Below, piece by piece: positions 1-8,384 of a DNA stretch of 32,000 nt (positions are counted from its first letter, which is position 1; each line of letters opens with the position of its first letter). The stretch is taken from the NCBI GenBank assembly GCA_049322275.1, contig JBMORH010000057.1:1-32000 (forward strand). Reading direction: 5' to 3'. The translations under genes and the position numbers were made by a program. The notes below the pieces were generated by a model that was not told the origin of the DNA, searched no databases, and worked only from the letters and a program-made list of their open reading frames with translations. Origin of the DNA: Thermodesulfobacteriota bacterium. Its GTDB lineage: Bacteria > Desulfobacterota > Desulfarculia > Desulfarculales > Desulfarculaceae.

Positions 1-107
1 AACCTTACAAAGTGGCGCTGACCGCCGTCATGAGAAAGATGATCGTCACCCTCAACGCCATGGTCAAAAACAAAAAAACTTGGCAACCACTCACCTTAGC
101 CGCTTGA
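1..107 (+). mobile_element. 3' end of an IS110-family (DEDD) transposase gene. Only the last 34 codons are present; the element is truncated by the window edge.
   Basis: Frame 3 reads PYKVALTAVMRKMIVTLNAMVKNKKTWQPLTLAA*, with the stop at 105-107. The KVAL-x-AVMRK-x4-LNAM helix is the conserved C-terminus of IS110/IS1111 transposases. The first 120 nt are about 48% GC by direct count, well below the rest of the window. Confidence 0.65.
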
Positions 108-162
108 ACATGAACACGGTTGCTACAAAATCCAAGACAAGAACCGCTGGTTTCTTCGTAGA

Positions 163-192
163 GGCGGGGTTTATCCCCGCCCGCGTATTTTT
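163..192 (+). terminator. GC hairpin GGCGGGG-TTTAT-CCCCGCC followed by a T5 run. This is copy 1 of a recurring REP-like hairpin and a putative intrinsic terminator.
   Basis: Perfect 7-bp GC stem (163-169 with 175-181). T-run at 188-192. A second small hairpin, GCGTA-TTTT-TACGC, lies at 183-196. The site sits between the transposase stop (107) and the 3' end of the convergent acyl-CoA ligase gene (262). Confidence 0.5.
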
Positions 193-261
193 ACGCGCGC
201 CAGCTACATGAACGGGGCCCCCGGCCGCGCCGGGAGCCCCGCGTGCGCGCCGCCGCCTGGG

Positions 262-1989
262 CTAGGCCGACTTGGCCTTGCTCAGCTCCTCTTCCTTCAG
301 CACCCGCCGCAGGACCTTGCCCACCATGGTCTTGGGCAGCTCCTCGCGGAACTCCACGATGGAGGGCACCTTGTAGTGGGTCATGTTCTCCTGGCACCAG
401 GCGATGATGTCCTCCTCCTTCACCTTGCCCTTGCTGTCGGGCTTGAGCACCACGAAGGCCTTGAGTATCTCGCCGACCTTGGGGTGGGGCAGGCCCACCA
501 CCGCGACTTCCAACACGTCCGGGTGGGAGAACAAGTAATCCTCGATCTCCTTGGGGAAGACGCTGAAGCCCTTGTGCTTCACCAGGTCCTTGGCCCGGTC
601 CATGATGAAGGTCCAGCCCCGCTCGTTCATGTAGGCGATGTCGCCGGTGTAGAGCCAGCCGTCGCGGATGGTGCGGGCGGTCTCCTCCGGCCGCTGGAAA
701 TAGCCCTTCATCACCTGGGGACCCTTGACGCACAGCTCGCCCACGCCTTCGGGGCCGAAAGGCATCTCCTTGGTCCCGGTCTCCAGGTCCATGATCTTGA
801 CGTCGGTGTTGGGGAAGGGCAGGCCGATGGAGCCCATGACCCGCTCGCGCCCGGCCGGGAGCACGAAGGGGTTGGCGTGGGTGACCGGCGAGGACTCGGT
901 GAGCCCGTAGCCCTCCACCACCATGGCCCCGAATTTCTTCTCGAAGGTGATCTGGACCTCGCGCGGGAGCGGACCGGCCCCGGACAGGCACTTGTCCATG
1001 GCGCTCAGGTCGAATTTCTCCATGCCGGGGGTGTTGTTGATCTTGTTGAACAACACCGCCACGCCCGGCATGACCAGCTTGAAGCCCTTGCCCCACTTCT
1101 CGATCTGGGCGCCCAGGTCCAGCATGTTCTCCGGCGGCCGGGGGAACAGCAACTGGAAGCTGCCGGTGGCCACGGCGATGTTCATCACGCAGGTCATGGC
1201 GAAGACGTGGAACAAGGGCAGCACGCCCACGTAGCCGCGGCCCACGCCGGAGCCCTCGCCGCCCATCCAGGCCTTGCCCATCAGGGCGTTGCAGACCAGG
1301 TTGCGGGCGGTGAGCATGGCGCCCTTGGGGGTGCCGGTGGTGCCGCCGGTGTATTGCAGCACGGCCACGTCCTCGGCCGGGTTGATCTGCACCTTGGGCA
1401 CGTTGGGCGCGGTCTTCATCAGGTCGGTGAATTTCTTGGCGTGGGCCGGCATGGGGCCGGTGGGGATCTTCTTGAGCAGCTTGCCCAGGAACTTCTTGAC
1501 CGGGCTCAGCTTGACCAGGTCCACGATGTTGGTGCCGATCAGGTGCTGCACCTTGGTCTGGTCCAGCACCTTGCCGGCCTCGGCGAAGACCGAATCCAGC
1601 ACCACGAAGGCCTTGGCCCCGCTGTCGTTGAGCTGGTGCTTGATCTCCAGCGGCTTGTAGGTGGGGTTGATGGCCGTGGTGGTGATGCCCACCCGCTGGC
1701 AGGCGTAGAAGGTGATGACGAACTGGGGCGAGTTGGGCAGCATCATCGCCACCACGTCGCCCTTCTTGAGCCCCAACTGGGTGAGCGCGGTGGCCATGCG
1801 GTCCACGCACCCGTCCAGTTCGCGGTAGTTCATCACCGAGTCGAGAAAGATCAGCGCCCTTTCCTCTGGATGGCGCTGGGCGGTGTCCCTGAGTAGATCC
1901 CCAAGTCCGATGTCGGGGATGTCGATCATCTTGGGCACGCCCTCCGGCCAGTCGTTATACCAGGGGCGGCTTCCCAGGTCCTGGGCCAT
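262..1989 (-). CDS. fadD: Long-chain-fatty-acid--CoA ligase (AMP-dependent synthetase/ligase family)
   Basis: The ORF track entry 262..2034 contains the AMP-binding signature LQYTGGTTGTPKGAMLT and the C-terminal GWLYTGDIA...DRAKDLVKHKGFSVFP motifs. I moved the start to the ATG at 1989 (MAQDLG...) because GGAGGAGG lies directly upstream on the minus strand; the 15 extra upstream codons are Pro/Gly-rich. Confidence 0.88.
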   Translation of the reverse strand: MAQDLGSRPWYNDWPEGVPKMIDIPDIGLGDLLRDTAQRHPEERALIFLDSVMNYRELDGCVDRMATALTQLGLKKGDVVAMMLPNSPQFVITFYACQRVGITTTAINPTYKPLEIKHQLNDSGAKAFVVLDSVFAEAGKVLDQTKVQHLIGTNIVDLVKLSPVKKFLGKLLKKIPTGPMPAHAKKFTDLMKTAPNVPKVQINPAEDVAVLQYTGGTTGTPKGAMLTARNLVCNALMGKAWMGGEGSGVGRGYVGVLPLFHVFAMTCVMNIAVATGSFQLLFPRPPENMLDLGAQIEKWGKGFKLVMPGVAVLFNKINNTPGMEKFDLSAMDKCLSGAGPLPREVQITFEKKFGAMVVEGYGLTESSPVTHANPFVLPAGRERVMGSIGLPFPNTDVKIMDLETGTKEMPFGPEGVGELCVKGPQVMKGYFQRPEETARTIRDGWLYTGDIAYMNERGWTFIMDRAKDLVKHKGFSVFPKEIEDYLFSHPDVLEVAVVGLPHPKVGEILKAFVVLKPDSKGKVKEEDIIAWCQENMTHYKVPSIVEFREELPKTMVGKVLRRVLKEEELSKAKSA

Positions 1990-2045
1990 GGCTCCTCCTC
2001 CGGGGGGGCGGTCCCCCCACGTCTGCGGGCTCATTTGTGCGGGCG

Positions 2046-2059
2046 CACAGGGAGGTTAA
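2046..2059. promoter_or_regulatory. Inverted repeat TGTGCG-GG-CGCACA in the 5' region of the acyl-CoA ligase gene; candidate operator.
   Basis: 6-2-6 inverted repeat read directly from the sequence. It lies about 55 nt upstream of the fadD-like start, downstream of a weak minus-strand TTGACT-17-TTAACC promoter-like pair. No binding factor can be assigned. Confidence 0.2.
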
Positions 2060-2149
2060 CCCAGGGGGGCCGGCCAAGTCAATGCGCGCCTGCGGCCGGT
2101 GGTCATAAATATGGAGCCGCGATCAAGGCCGGGCCGGCGGCGGCGGGCC

Positions 2150-3682
2150 TTACTGGGGCGGGTCCAGGGCGGTGACGCGGCCGGCCTCGACCTGCACCGG
2201 CGCGGCCTGCTGTCGGCCGGCGAACTGCACCAGGTAGCCGCCCGGCAGCACCGGCAGCAGGCGGTCGCCCACGCCGTTCACCAGGGGGTCGCCGGCGGCG
2301 GTCAGCAGCCGATAGCTGTGGCTCTTGCCGGCGCTGTCGCGGCGCACCAGCAGCCCGCCCACCGGCGGCAAATCCTGGCTCAGCTCCTGACCCGGCGTCA
2401 GCTCGATCTCGCGCAGGATGGGCGGGGCCACCTGGACCTCCAGGCGGTAGCGGCCCGGCACCAGGCCCAGGGGGCTGTTGGTGTAGCCGGCGCCGGCCTC
2501 GCGCAGGCCCACCAGGTCGAAGACCCGGTAGGGCACTCGCCAGGGTCCGGCGGGGCCGTCGAGGCCCAGGGTGATCTTGCCCGGCGGGCCGGTGACCAGG
2601 GAAAGCTTCTGGCCGGCAGCCAGCTCCACGGTCCAGGCCAGGGGGGGGCGGGAGGTCTTGACCCGGTAGAAGCCGGCCGGCAGGGTGAGGCTGAAGGGGG
2701 TGCGCTTCTCGCTGGCCTCCATCTTGCCGCTGTCCAGGTTGGAGACCGAGGCCAGCCAGTGCAGTTGGCGGCCGTCGGCCCCGCGCGAATCCAGCCCCAG
2801 CTCGCCGCTGCCGCCGGCCCAGAGCCGGGTGAGGCCCTCGGCGGCCAGGGTGACGTGCTCCGGCGGCGCGCCCGGACCCAGGCCGTGGCCGGCCGGCCAG
2901 GCCACCTGGTAGACGCCGGGCAAAAGCTGGCAGGTCCGGCCGGCCACGCCCCGGCGGCGGGTGGCCAGCTGGTCGCGGCGGTTGAGGCCGTAGACCACCG
3001 GCCGGGGCTGGTTTTGCTCGTCGTGGGCCAGCACCAGCAGCCGCGCCCGGCTGACGCCCACCAGCACCGCCCGGTGCAGCAGGTGGCTGACCTGGCCGGC
3101 GCTGGCGGCCAGGAAAAACCCGCCCCCGTGGGTCTGGGCGGCCTGCTCCAGCGCCCCGCCGGCCGGGGCCAGGCCCAGGCAGAGGGCGTGGAAGAAGGAT
3201 TCCGGCCCCAGACCGGCCAGGGCGGCCGGGTCCAGGCGGGCCTGGGGCCCGGCCACAACCAGGATCGAGCCCGGCCCGGCCTCCCTTAGCCAGGCCGCGG
3301 CCTGGGCCACGGCGGCGGTCAGATCGGCCGCGCCGCCCAGGGCCGGCAGCACCAGGCCCTGGCCCTTGATCTCCGCCGCCGGCCGGGGGGGCGAAAAGGC
3401 CTGGGAGCCGCCGCCGCCGGCCAGCCAGAGGCCGGCCTGGACGCGCAGGGGCAGGGTGTTGAGCTCGATGGCCAGGGCCGCCTCGGCGGCCAGCAGGCGA
3501 GTGGAGCCCGACCAGGGCTCGGCCATGTCCGCCGAGCAGTCCACCACCATGGCCAGACGCCAGGGCGGGGGCATGAGAGCCTCCGGCGCGGCGGCCCCGG
3601 CCGGGGCCGGGGCGGCGGTCAGGGCCATGAGCAGGCCCAGGAGCGCCGGCAGCCCGGCCCATGCGCGGCGAGCCCTGGCCAT
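2150..3682 (-). CDS. Secreted protein with an N-terminal vWA-like domain and four repeated beta-sandwich-like modules
   Basis: 510-aa ORF.
- Signal peptide: MARARRAWAGLPALLGLLMALTAAPAPAGA.
- The vWA-like start LAMVVDCSADM is a degenerate DxSxS MIDAS motif.
- A P-G-x-Y-x-V/L motif occurs four times: LPGVYQVAW, LPAGFYRVKT, VPGRYRLEVQ, LPGGYLVQFA.

The family call rests on motifs only. Confidence 0.7.
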   Translation of the reverse strand: MARARRAWAGLPALLGLLMALTAAPAPAGAAAPEALMPPPWRLAMVVDCSADMAEPWSGSTRLLAAEAALAIELNTLPLRVQAGLWLAGGGGSQAFSPPRPAAEIKGQGLVLPALGGAADLTAAVAQAAAWLREAGPGSILVVAGPQARLDPAALAGLGPESFFHALCLGLAPAGGALEQAAQTHGGGFFLAASAGQVSHLLHRAVLVGVSRARLLVLAHDEQNQPRPVVYGLNRRDQLATRRRGVAGRTCQLLPGVYQVAWPAGHGLGPGAPPEHVTLAAEGLTRLWAGGSGELGLDSRGADGRQLHWLASVSNLDSGKMEASEKRTPFSLTLPAGFYRVKTSRPPLAWTVELAAGQKLSLVTGPPGKITLGLDGPAGPWRVPYRVFDLVGLREAGAGYTNSPLGLVPGRYRLEVQVAPPILREIELTPGQELSQDLPPVGGLLVRRDSAGKSHSYRLLTAAGDPLVNGVGDRLLPVLPGGYLVQFAGRQQAAPVQVEAGRVTALDPPQ

Positions 3683-3691
3683 GGCCCGGCC

Positions 3692-4348
3692 CTAACGCCC
3701 CGCGCCGGGCTGGGCCGGCGCGCCGGGGGCCGCCCCGGCGGCGGGCGGGGCCGGGCCGCCGCCCAGGGCCTGGATCAGCTCCGGCAGGCCGAGCCTCCGG
3801 TAGCCCTCCGGCAGCTCGAAGATTCCGTCGGGCTGGGGCGCGACGCGGATGTTCTGGTACTCCACGCTCCAGGAGCCGTCGGCCCCGGCGGTCTTGATCG
3901 GGATGCCCAGGTCCGGGGCCAGCCACTGGTGGATCATGTGGTTCTGGCCCCGCGCGCCGTAGATGACCTCGTACTTGATGGTGGGGCGGCCGTCCAGGCT
4001 GGGCCGGCCCAGCTCGCGCCGGAGCAGCTCGCCGGGCAGCTTGCCGCCGCTGATGGCCTGCTGGCTCATGTCGGCCAGGCCTTCCAAAGGCAGCTCGATG
4101 TAGGTCTTGGGGCCGGGCTGCACCAGCCACATCAGCTTCTTGTCCTGGCGCAGCAGGCTGTAGCCGGGGCCGAGGGGGCCGTCGGGGCTTTCCAGGCGGA
4201 CTTTTTCATGCTTGATGAAGACCTTGGCGGCTTCGGTCCTGCCGCCGCCCACGCGCACCACGTCGGCGCTCATCTCGATGGCGAAAGCCGGCGCGGACAG
4301 GGCCAGGAGCAGGGCCGCCAGGGCCAGGCGGCGCAATATTGCTGGCAT
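3692..4348 (-). CDS. Secreted hypothetical protein, LolA-fold/DUF4412-like
   Basis: The start is set at MPAILRRLALAALLLALSAPAFA (signal peptide), with GGGGAG 8 nt upstream. The 34 upstream codons of the tracked ORF (to 4450) are Pro/Gly/Arg-rich. The body (KVFIKHEKVRLE...LLRQDKKLMWLVQPGPKTYIELP...FELPEGY) resembles LolA/DUF4412-type lipoprotein-carrier-like proteins. The stop lies 9 nt before the vWA-like gene start, so the two are probably co-transcribed. Confidence 0.7.
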   Translation of the reverse strand: MPAILRRLALAALLLALSAPAFAIEMSADVVRVGGGRTEAAKVFIKHEKVRLESPDGPLGPGYSLLRQDKKLMWLVQPGPKTYIELPLEGLADMSQQAISGGKLPGELLRRELGRPSLDGRPTIKYEVIYGARGQNHMIHQWLAPDLGIPIKTAGADGSWSVEYQNIRVAPQPDGIFELPEGYRRLGLPELIQALGGGPAPPAAGAAPGAPAQPGAGR

Positions 4349-4573
4349 CACGCGCTCCCCGCCCCCGCGCGGCGGGGGCCTGAGATGGACCAAGCCAGGC
4401 CGGCCGAGCCAGCCTGGGATCATTCTAGAGGCCGGACCCAGGCCGCACAAGGCTCAAATGCCCCCGGCGGGAAGGTCTTGCCTCCCGGTGGCCACAATCG
4501 TGATTGAGCAGTCATACCGGCGTGATGACCGGCGCGTCCGCACGGAGGGCGGCGCGGGGGGCGCAACTTTGGC

Positions 4574-4602
4574 TTGACGATAGGAAATCTGGTGGTTAGC
4601 TT
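4574..4602 (+). promoter_or_regulatory. Sigma70-like promoter candidate TTGACG-17 nt-TAGCTT upstream of dprA
   Basis: Hexamers at 4574-4579 and 4597-4602 with exactly 17-nt spacing. The dprA ATG is at 4612, implying a leaderless or very short-leader mRNA. No Shine-Dalgarno sequence is visible. Confidence 0.35.
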
Positions 4603-4611
4603 CTGGGGCCA

Positions 4612-5730
4612 ATGGCAACCAGCGCACATGCCCCGCGGCCGGACCTGGTGGACTGGGTGGGCCTGCGGCTCGTCCCCGGAGTGGGCAGCCTGACCTTCGC
4701 CCGGCTGCTGGCGGCCTTCGGCGCGCCGGGCGCGGCCCTGGGCGCGCCGCAGGCCCAGCTCCAGGCCCTGGGGCTCAGGGCGGACCTGGCCCAGGCGGTG
4801 CACGCCCGCGCCTGGGCCGCCGACCCGGCGGCGCAGATCGCGGACCTGGCCGCCCTGGGCGGCCGGGCGCTCACCTGGGACGACGCGGACTACCCGCCCC
4901 TGCTCCGGGCCATCTACGCCCCGCCGCCGGTCATCTTCGCGCGCGGCGACCTGGCCGGCTGCCGGGCGGGCGGGGTGGCCCTGGTGGGCTCGCGCAACAT
5001 GAGCCAATACGGCCGCCGGGTGGCCGAGGACCTGGCCCGCGACCTGGCCCGGGCCGGCGTCAGCGTGATATCCGGCCTGGCCCGCGGGGTGGACACCGCG
5101 GCCCACCGGGCTGCGCTCATGGCCGGCGGGCACACGGTGGGGGTGCTGGGCTGCGGTCTGGACGTGGATTATCCCCCGGAGAACCGGGATCTGGCCGAGG
5201 AGATGGCCAGGCGGGGCGCGGTGGTCAGCGAGTTCCCCCTGGGCATGGCCCCCCTGGCCGGCAACTTCCCGGCCCGCAACCGGGTCATCAGCGGGCTCTC
5301 GCGGGCGGTGGTGGTGGTGGAGGCGGGGCTCAAGAGCGGGGCGCTCATCACCGCCCGCCACGCCCTGGACCAGGGACGCGAGGTCTTCGCGGTGCCCGGC
5401 CCGGTGGCCGCCGCCCAGAGCCAGGGCTGCCACGCCCTGATCCGCCAGGGCGCGCGGCTCCTTAGCTCGGCCCACGATCTCCTGGCCCCCGGCGCGCTGC
5501 CGCCGGCGCCGGCCGGGGCGGCCGAACCGGACGCCGCCGCCGGGGCTGGGGCCGAGCTGCCGGCCGAGGCGGCGGCCCTGCTGGGGCTGATCGGCCCGGC
5601 CCCGGTGCATGTGGACGTGCTGGCCCGCGAAGGCGGCCTGCGCCCCCAGGAGGCGACGGCCCTGCTCATCAACCTGGAATTGGCCGGTTTGGTGGAGCAG
5701 AAGCCGGGCAAGTTTTACGTGCGTTGTTGA
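4612..5730 (+). CDS. dprA: DNA-processing protein DprA (Smf)
   Basis: 372 aa. Rossmann-like DprA core: ALVGSRNMSQYGRRVAEDLARDLARAGVSVISGLARGVDTAAHRAAL..GGHTVGVLGCGLDVDYPPEN...GNFPARNRVISGLS. C-terminal winged-helix-like tail. The classic dprA-topA gene order is present. Confidence 0.93.
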   Translation: MATSAHAPRPDLVDWVGLRLVPGVGSLTFARLLAAFGAPGAALGAPQAQLQALGLRADLAQAVHARAWAADPAAQIADLAALGGRALTWDDADYPPLLRAIYAPPPVIFARGDLAGCRAGGVALVGSRNMSQYGRRVAEDLARDLARAGVSVISGLARGVDTAAHRAALMAGGHTVGVLGCGLDVDYPPENRDLAEEMARRGAVVSEFPLGMAPLAGNFPARNRVISGLSRAVVVVEAGLKSGALITARHALDQGREVFAVPGPVAAAQSQGCHALIRQGARLLSSAHDLLAPGALPPAPAGAAEPDAAAGAGAELPAEAAALLGLIGPAPVHVDVLAREGGLRPQEATALLINLELAGLVEQKPGKFYVRC

Positions 5731-5824
5731 GTTGACTGCCCGCGCGGCGGGCTTGGCTGATCAATAAAAAGGAAGGAAGGCGGCCGCGCCGGCCCGACCG
5801 GCCGCGCGCCCGCGACAACTGGCC

Positions 5825-8275
5825 ATGCCCAAGTCCCTCTTGATAGTGGAATCGCCGGCCAAGGCCCGGACGCTCAAGAAATACCTGGGTCCGGATTTCG
5901 AGGTGCGCGCCTCGGTGGGGCACGTGGTGGATTTGCCCATCAGCCGCCTGGGGGTGGATCTGGCCCACGACTTCGAGCCCGAATACCAGGTTATCAAGGA
6001 CAAGGAGAAGGTGGTCAAGGAGCTCAAACGGGCGGCCGACCACGCCCAGGAGGTCTACCTGGCCACCGACCCCGACCGCGAGGGCGAGGCCATCGCCTGG
6101 CACATCGCCGAGCAGCTCAAGGACCCCAAGAAGCGCCCCATCGAGAGCTTCCACCGGGTGCTCTTTCACGAGCTGACCAAGCCGGCCATCATCAAGGCCG
6201 TGGCCGAGCCCCAGCGCCTGGACCGCCGCCGCTACGACAGCCAGCAGGCCCGGCGGGTGCTGGACCGGCTGGTGGGCTACCAGATCAGCCCCCTGCTCTG
6301 GGACAAGGTGAAGCGGGGCCTCAGCGCCGGGCGGGTGCAGTCGGTGGCCCTGCGCCTGGTGGTGGAGCGCGAGCGGGCCATAAGCGCCTTCACCCCCCAG
6401 GAATACTGGACCGTCACCGCCCTGCTGACGGCCGAGGAGCCGCCCGGCTTCCTGGCCCGCCTGGCCCGCCTGGAAGACCGGAAGTTCGAGCCCAGGAGCG
6501 AGGCCGAGGCCCTGGCCGGGGTGGCGGCCATAGAGGGCCAAAGCTGTGTGGTGGAAAAGGTGGCCACCCGCGAGCGCCGCCAGTACGCGCCGCCGCCCTT
6601 CATCACCTCCACCCTGCAACAGGAGGCCTACCGCAAGCTGGGTTTCGCGCCCAAGCGCACCATGTCCCTGGCCCAGCGGCTCTACGAGGGCCTGGAGACG
6701 GCCGAGGGCGCGGTGGGTCTCATCACCTACATGCGAACCGACTCCACCCGCCTGGCCGAGGTGGCGGTGAACGAGGCCCGCGCGCTCATCGCGGCCCGGT
6801 TTGGCCCGGAGTTCCTGCCGGCCAAGCCCAACGTGTTCAAATCCCGCGCCAGCGCCCAGGAGGCCCACGAGGCCATCCGCCCCACCAGCGCCGGCCGCAC
6901 CCCGGAGTCGCTGGCGGCCCACCTGAAGCGCGACGAACTGGCCCTCTACCGCCTGATCTACAACCGCTTCCTGGCCTGCCAGATGGCCCCGGCCCTCTAC
7001 GACCAGACCCAGGCCGAGATCAAGGCCGGCCAGGGGCTCTTGCGGGCCTCCGGCCAGGTGCTCAAGTTCCGGGGCTTCACCGCGGTCTACGTGGAGGACG
7101 TGGACGAGGGGGCCAAGCCGGCCAACGCGAGCCCGGAGGGGCAGGACAACGGCGAGGCGGCCGACGAGCCGGCGGCCGAGGGCCTGCTGCCCCCGCTCCG
7201 GGAGGGCCAGGTGGTGCGCCAGGGGGCCATCACCCCCAAGCAGCACTTCACCCAGCCCCCGCCGCGCTTCACCGAGGCCAGCCTGGTCAAGGAGCTGGAG
7301 GAGAAGGGCATCGGACGGCCCAGCACCTACGCCGCCATCCTTTCCACCATCCAGGACAAGGAGTACGTGGCCAAGCTCAAGCGCCACCTGCTGCCCACCC
7401 CCCTGGGCGAGGTCATCAGCGATCTTTTGGTGGAGAACTTCCCCCAGGTGATGGAGGTGGGCTTCACCGCCGGTCTGGAGCAGGGCCTGGACCGGGTGGA
7501 GGAGGGCGGCCAGGAATGGCGCGCCCTGTTGCGCGATTTCTACGGCCCCTTCGCCAAGGCCCTCAAGCTGGCCCAGAAGAACATGCGCCAGATCAAGGGC
7601 AAGGGCATCCCCACCGCGGTGGCCTGCCCGACCTGCGGGGGGCGCATGTCCATCCGCCTGGGCAAGCACGGCGAGTTCCTGGCCTGCGACAACTACCCGG
7701 AATGCAAGACCACCCGCGATTTCACCCGCGACGACGACGGCGGCATCGTGCCGGTGGAGCCGCTGGCCGAGACCGGGATCGCCTGCGACAAGTGCGGTCA
7801 GCCCATGCTGGCCAAGAAGGGCAAGTACGGGCCGTTTTTGGCCTGCAGCGGCTATCCGGCCTGCAAGAACGTCCTGGAGCTGGACGCCGAGGGCAAGCCC
7901 AGGGCCAAGGAGGAGCCGGAGGTCCTGGCCGAGCCCTGCCCCAAGTGCGGCGGGCGCTTGGCGGTGAAGCCCACCCGCAGCGGCGGCAAGTTCATCTCCT
8001 GCACCAACTATCCCAAGTGCCGCTTCAGCCGCAGCCTGCCGTTGGGGGTGAAATGCCCCAAGTGCGGCGGTGAACTGACCGAGAAGCGCAGCCACCGGGG
8101 CAAGGTCTTCTACGGCTGCGACAATTATCCCAAATGCGACTACGCCTCCTGGGACCGGCCCCTGCCGGAGGCCTGCCCGGACTGCGGCCACGCCTTCCTG
8201 GTCCAAAAAACCACTCGCCAGGGCGCGACCATCCGCTGCCCCCAGCCGGGCTGCAAGTACAGCCGCCCGGCCTGA
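5825..8275 (+). CDS. topA: DNA topoisomerase I (type IA) with five C-terminal C4 zinc-ribbon motifs
   Basis: 816 aa.
- N-terminus MPKSLLIVESPAKARTLKKYLG (Toprim domain).
- Active-site region LITYMRTDSTRL.
- Five CxxC...CxxxxxC zinc ribbons, beginning CPTCGG, CDKCGQ, CPKCGGRL, CPKCGGEL and CPDCGH. Confidence 0.97.
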   Translation: MPKSLLIVESPAKARTLKKYLGPDFEVRASVGHVVDLPISRLGVDLAHDFEPEYQVIKDKEKVVKELKRAADHAQEVYLATDPDREGEAIAWHIAEQLKDPKKRPIESFHRVLFHELTKPAIIKAVAEPQRLDRRRYDSQQARRVLDRLVGYQISPLLWDKVKRGLSAGRVQSVALRLVVERERAISAFTPQEYWTVTALLTAEEPPGFLARLARLEDRKFEPRSEAEALAGVAAIEGQSCVVEKVATRERRQYAPPPFITSTLQQEAYRKLGFAPKRTMSLAQRLYEGLETAEGAVGLITYMRTDSTRLAEVAVNEARALIAARFGPEFLPAKPNVFKSRASAQEAHEAIRPTSAGRTPESLAAHLKRDELALYRLIYNRFLACQMAPALYDQTQAEIKAGQGLLRASGQVLKFRGFTAVYVEDVDEGAKPANASPEGQDNGEAADEPAAEGLLPPLREGQVVRQGAITPKQHFTQPPPRFTEASLVKELEEKGIGRPSTYAAILSTIQDKEYVAKLKRHLLPTPLGEVISDLLVENFPQVMEVGFTAGLEQGLDRVEEGGQEWRALLRDFYGPFAKALKLAQKNMRQIKGKGIPTAVACPTCGGRMSIRLGKHGEFLACDNYPECKTTRDFTRDDDGGIVPVEPLAETGIACDKCGQPMLAKKGKYGPFLACSGYPACKNVLELDAEGKPRAKEEPEVLAEPCPKCGGRLAVKPTRSGGKFISCTNYPKCRFSRSLPLGVKCPKCGGELTEKRSHRGKVFYGCDNYPKCDYASWDRPLPEACPDCGHAFLVQKTTRQGATIRCPQPGCKYSRPA

Positions 8276-8344
8276 GACCGGGCAGGCCGGATAGCCTGAC
8301 CCAGGGGCTAACGCCAGAGAACCTGCGGAAAAATAAATGAATAT

Positions 8345-8364
8345 GGGCGGGGTTATCCCCGCCC
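8345..8364. terminator. GC hairpin GGGCGGGG-TTAT-CCCCGCCC (copy 2 of the recurring hairpin); putative bidirectional terminator between convergent topA and engB
   Basis: Perfect 8-bp stem with a 4-nt loop. Flanked by an A-rich run on the left (GGAAAAATAAATGAATAT) and GTCTTGTCT on the right. Lies in the 109-nt gap between the two convergent stop codons. Confidence 0.55.
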
Positions 8365-8384
8365 GTCTTGTCTGAGGCCGCGAC

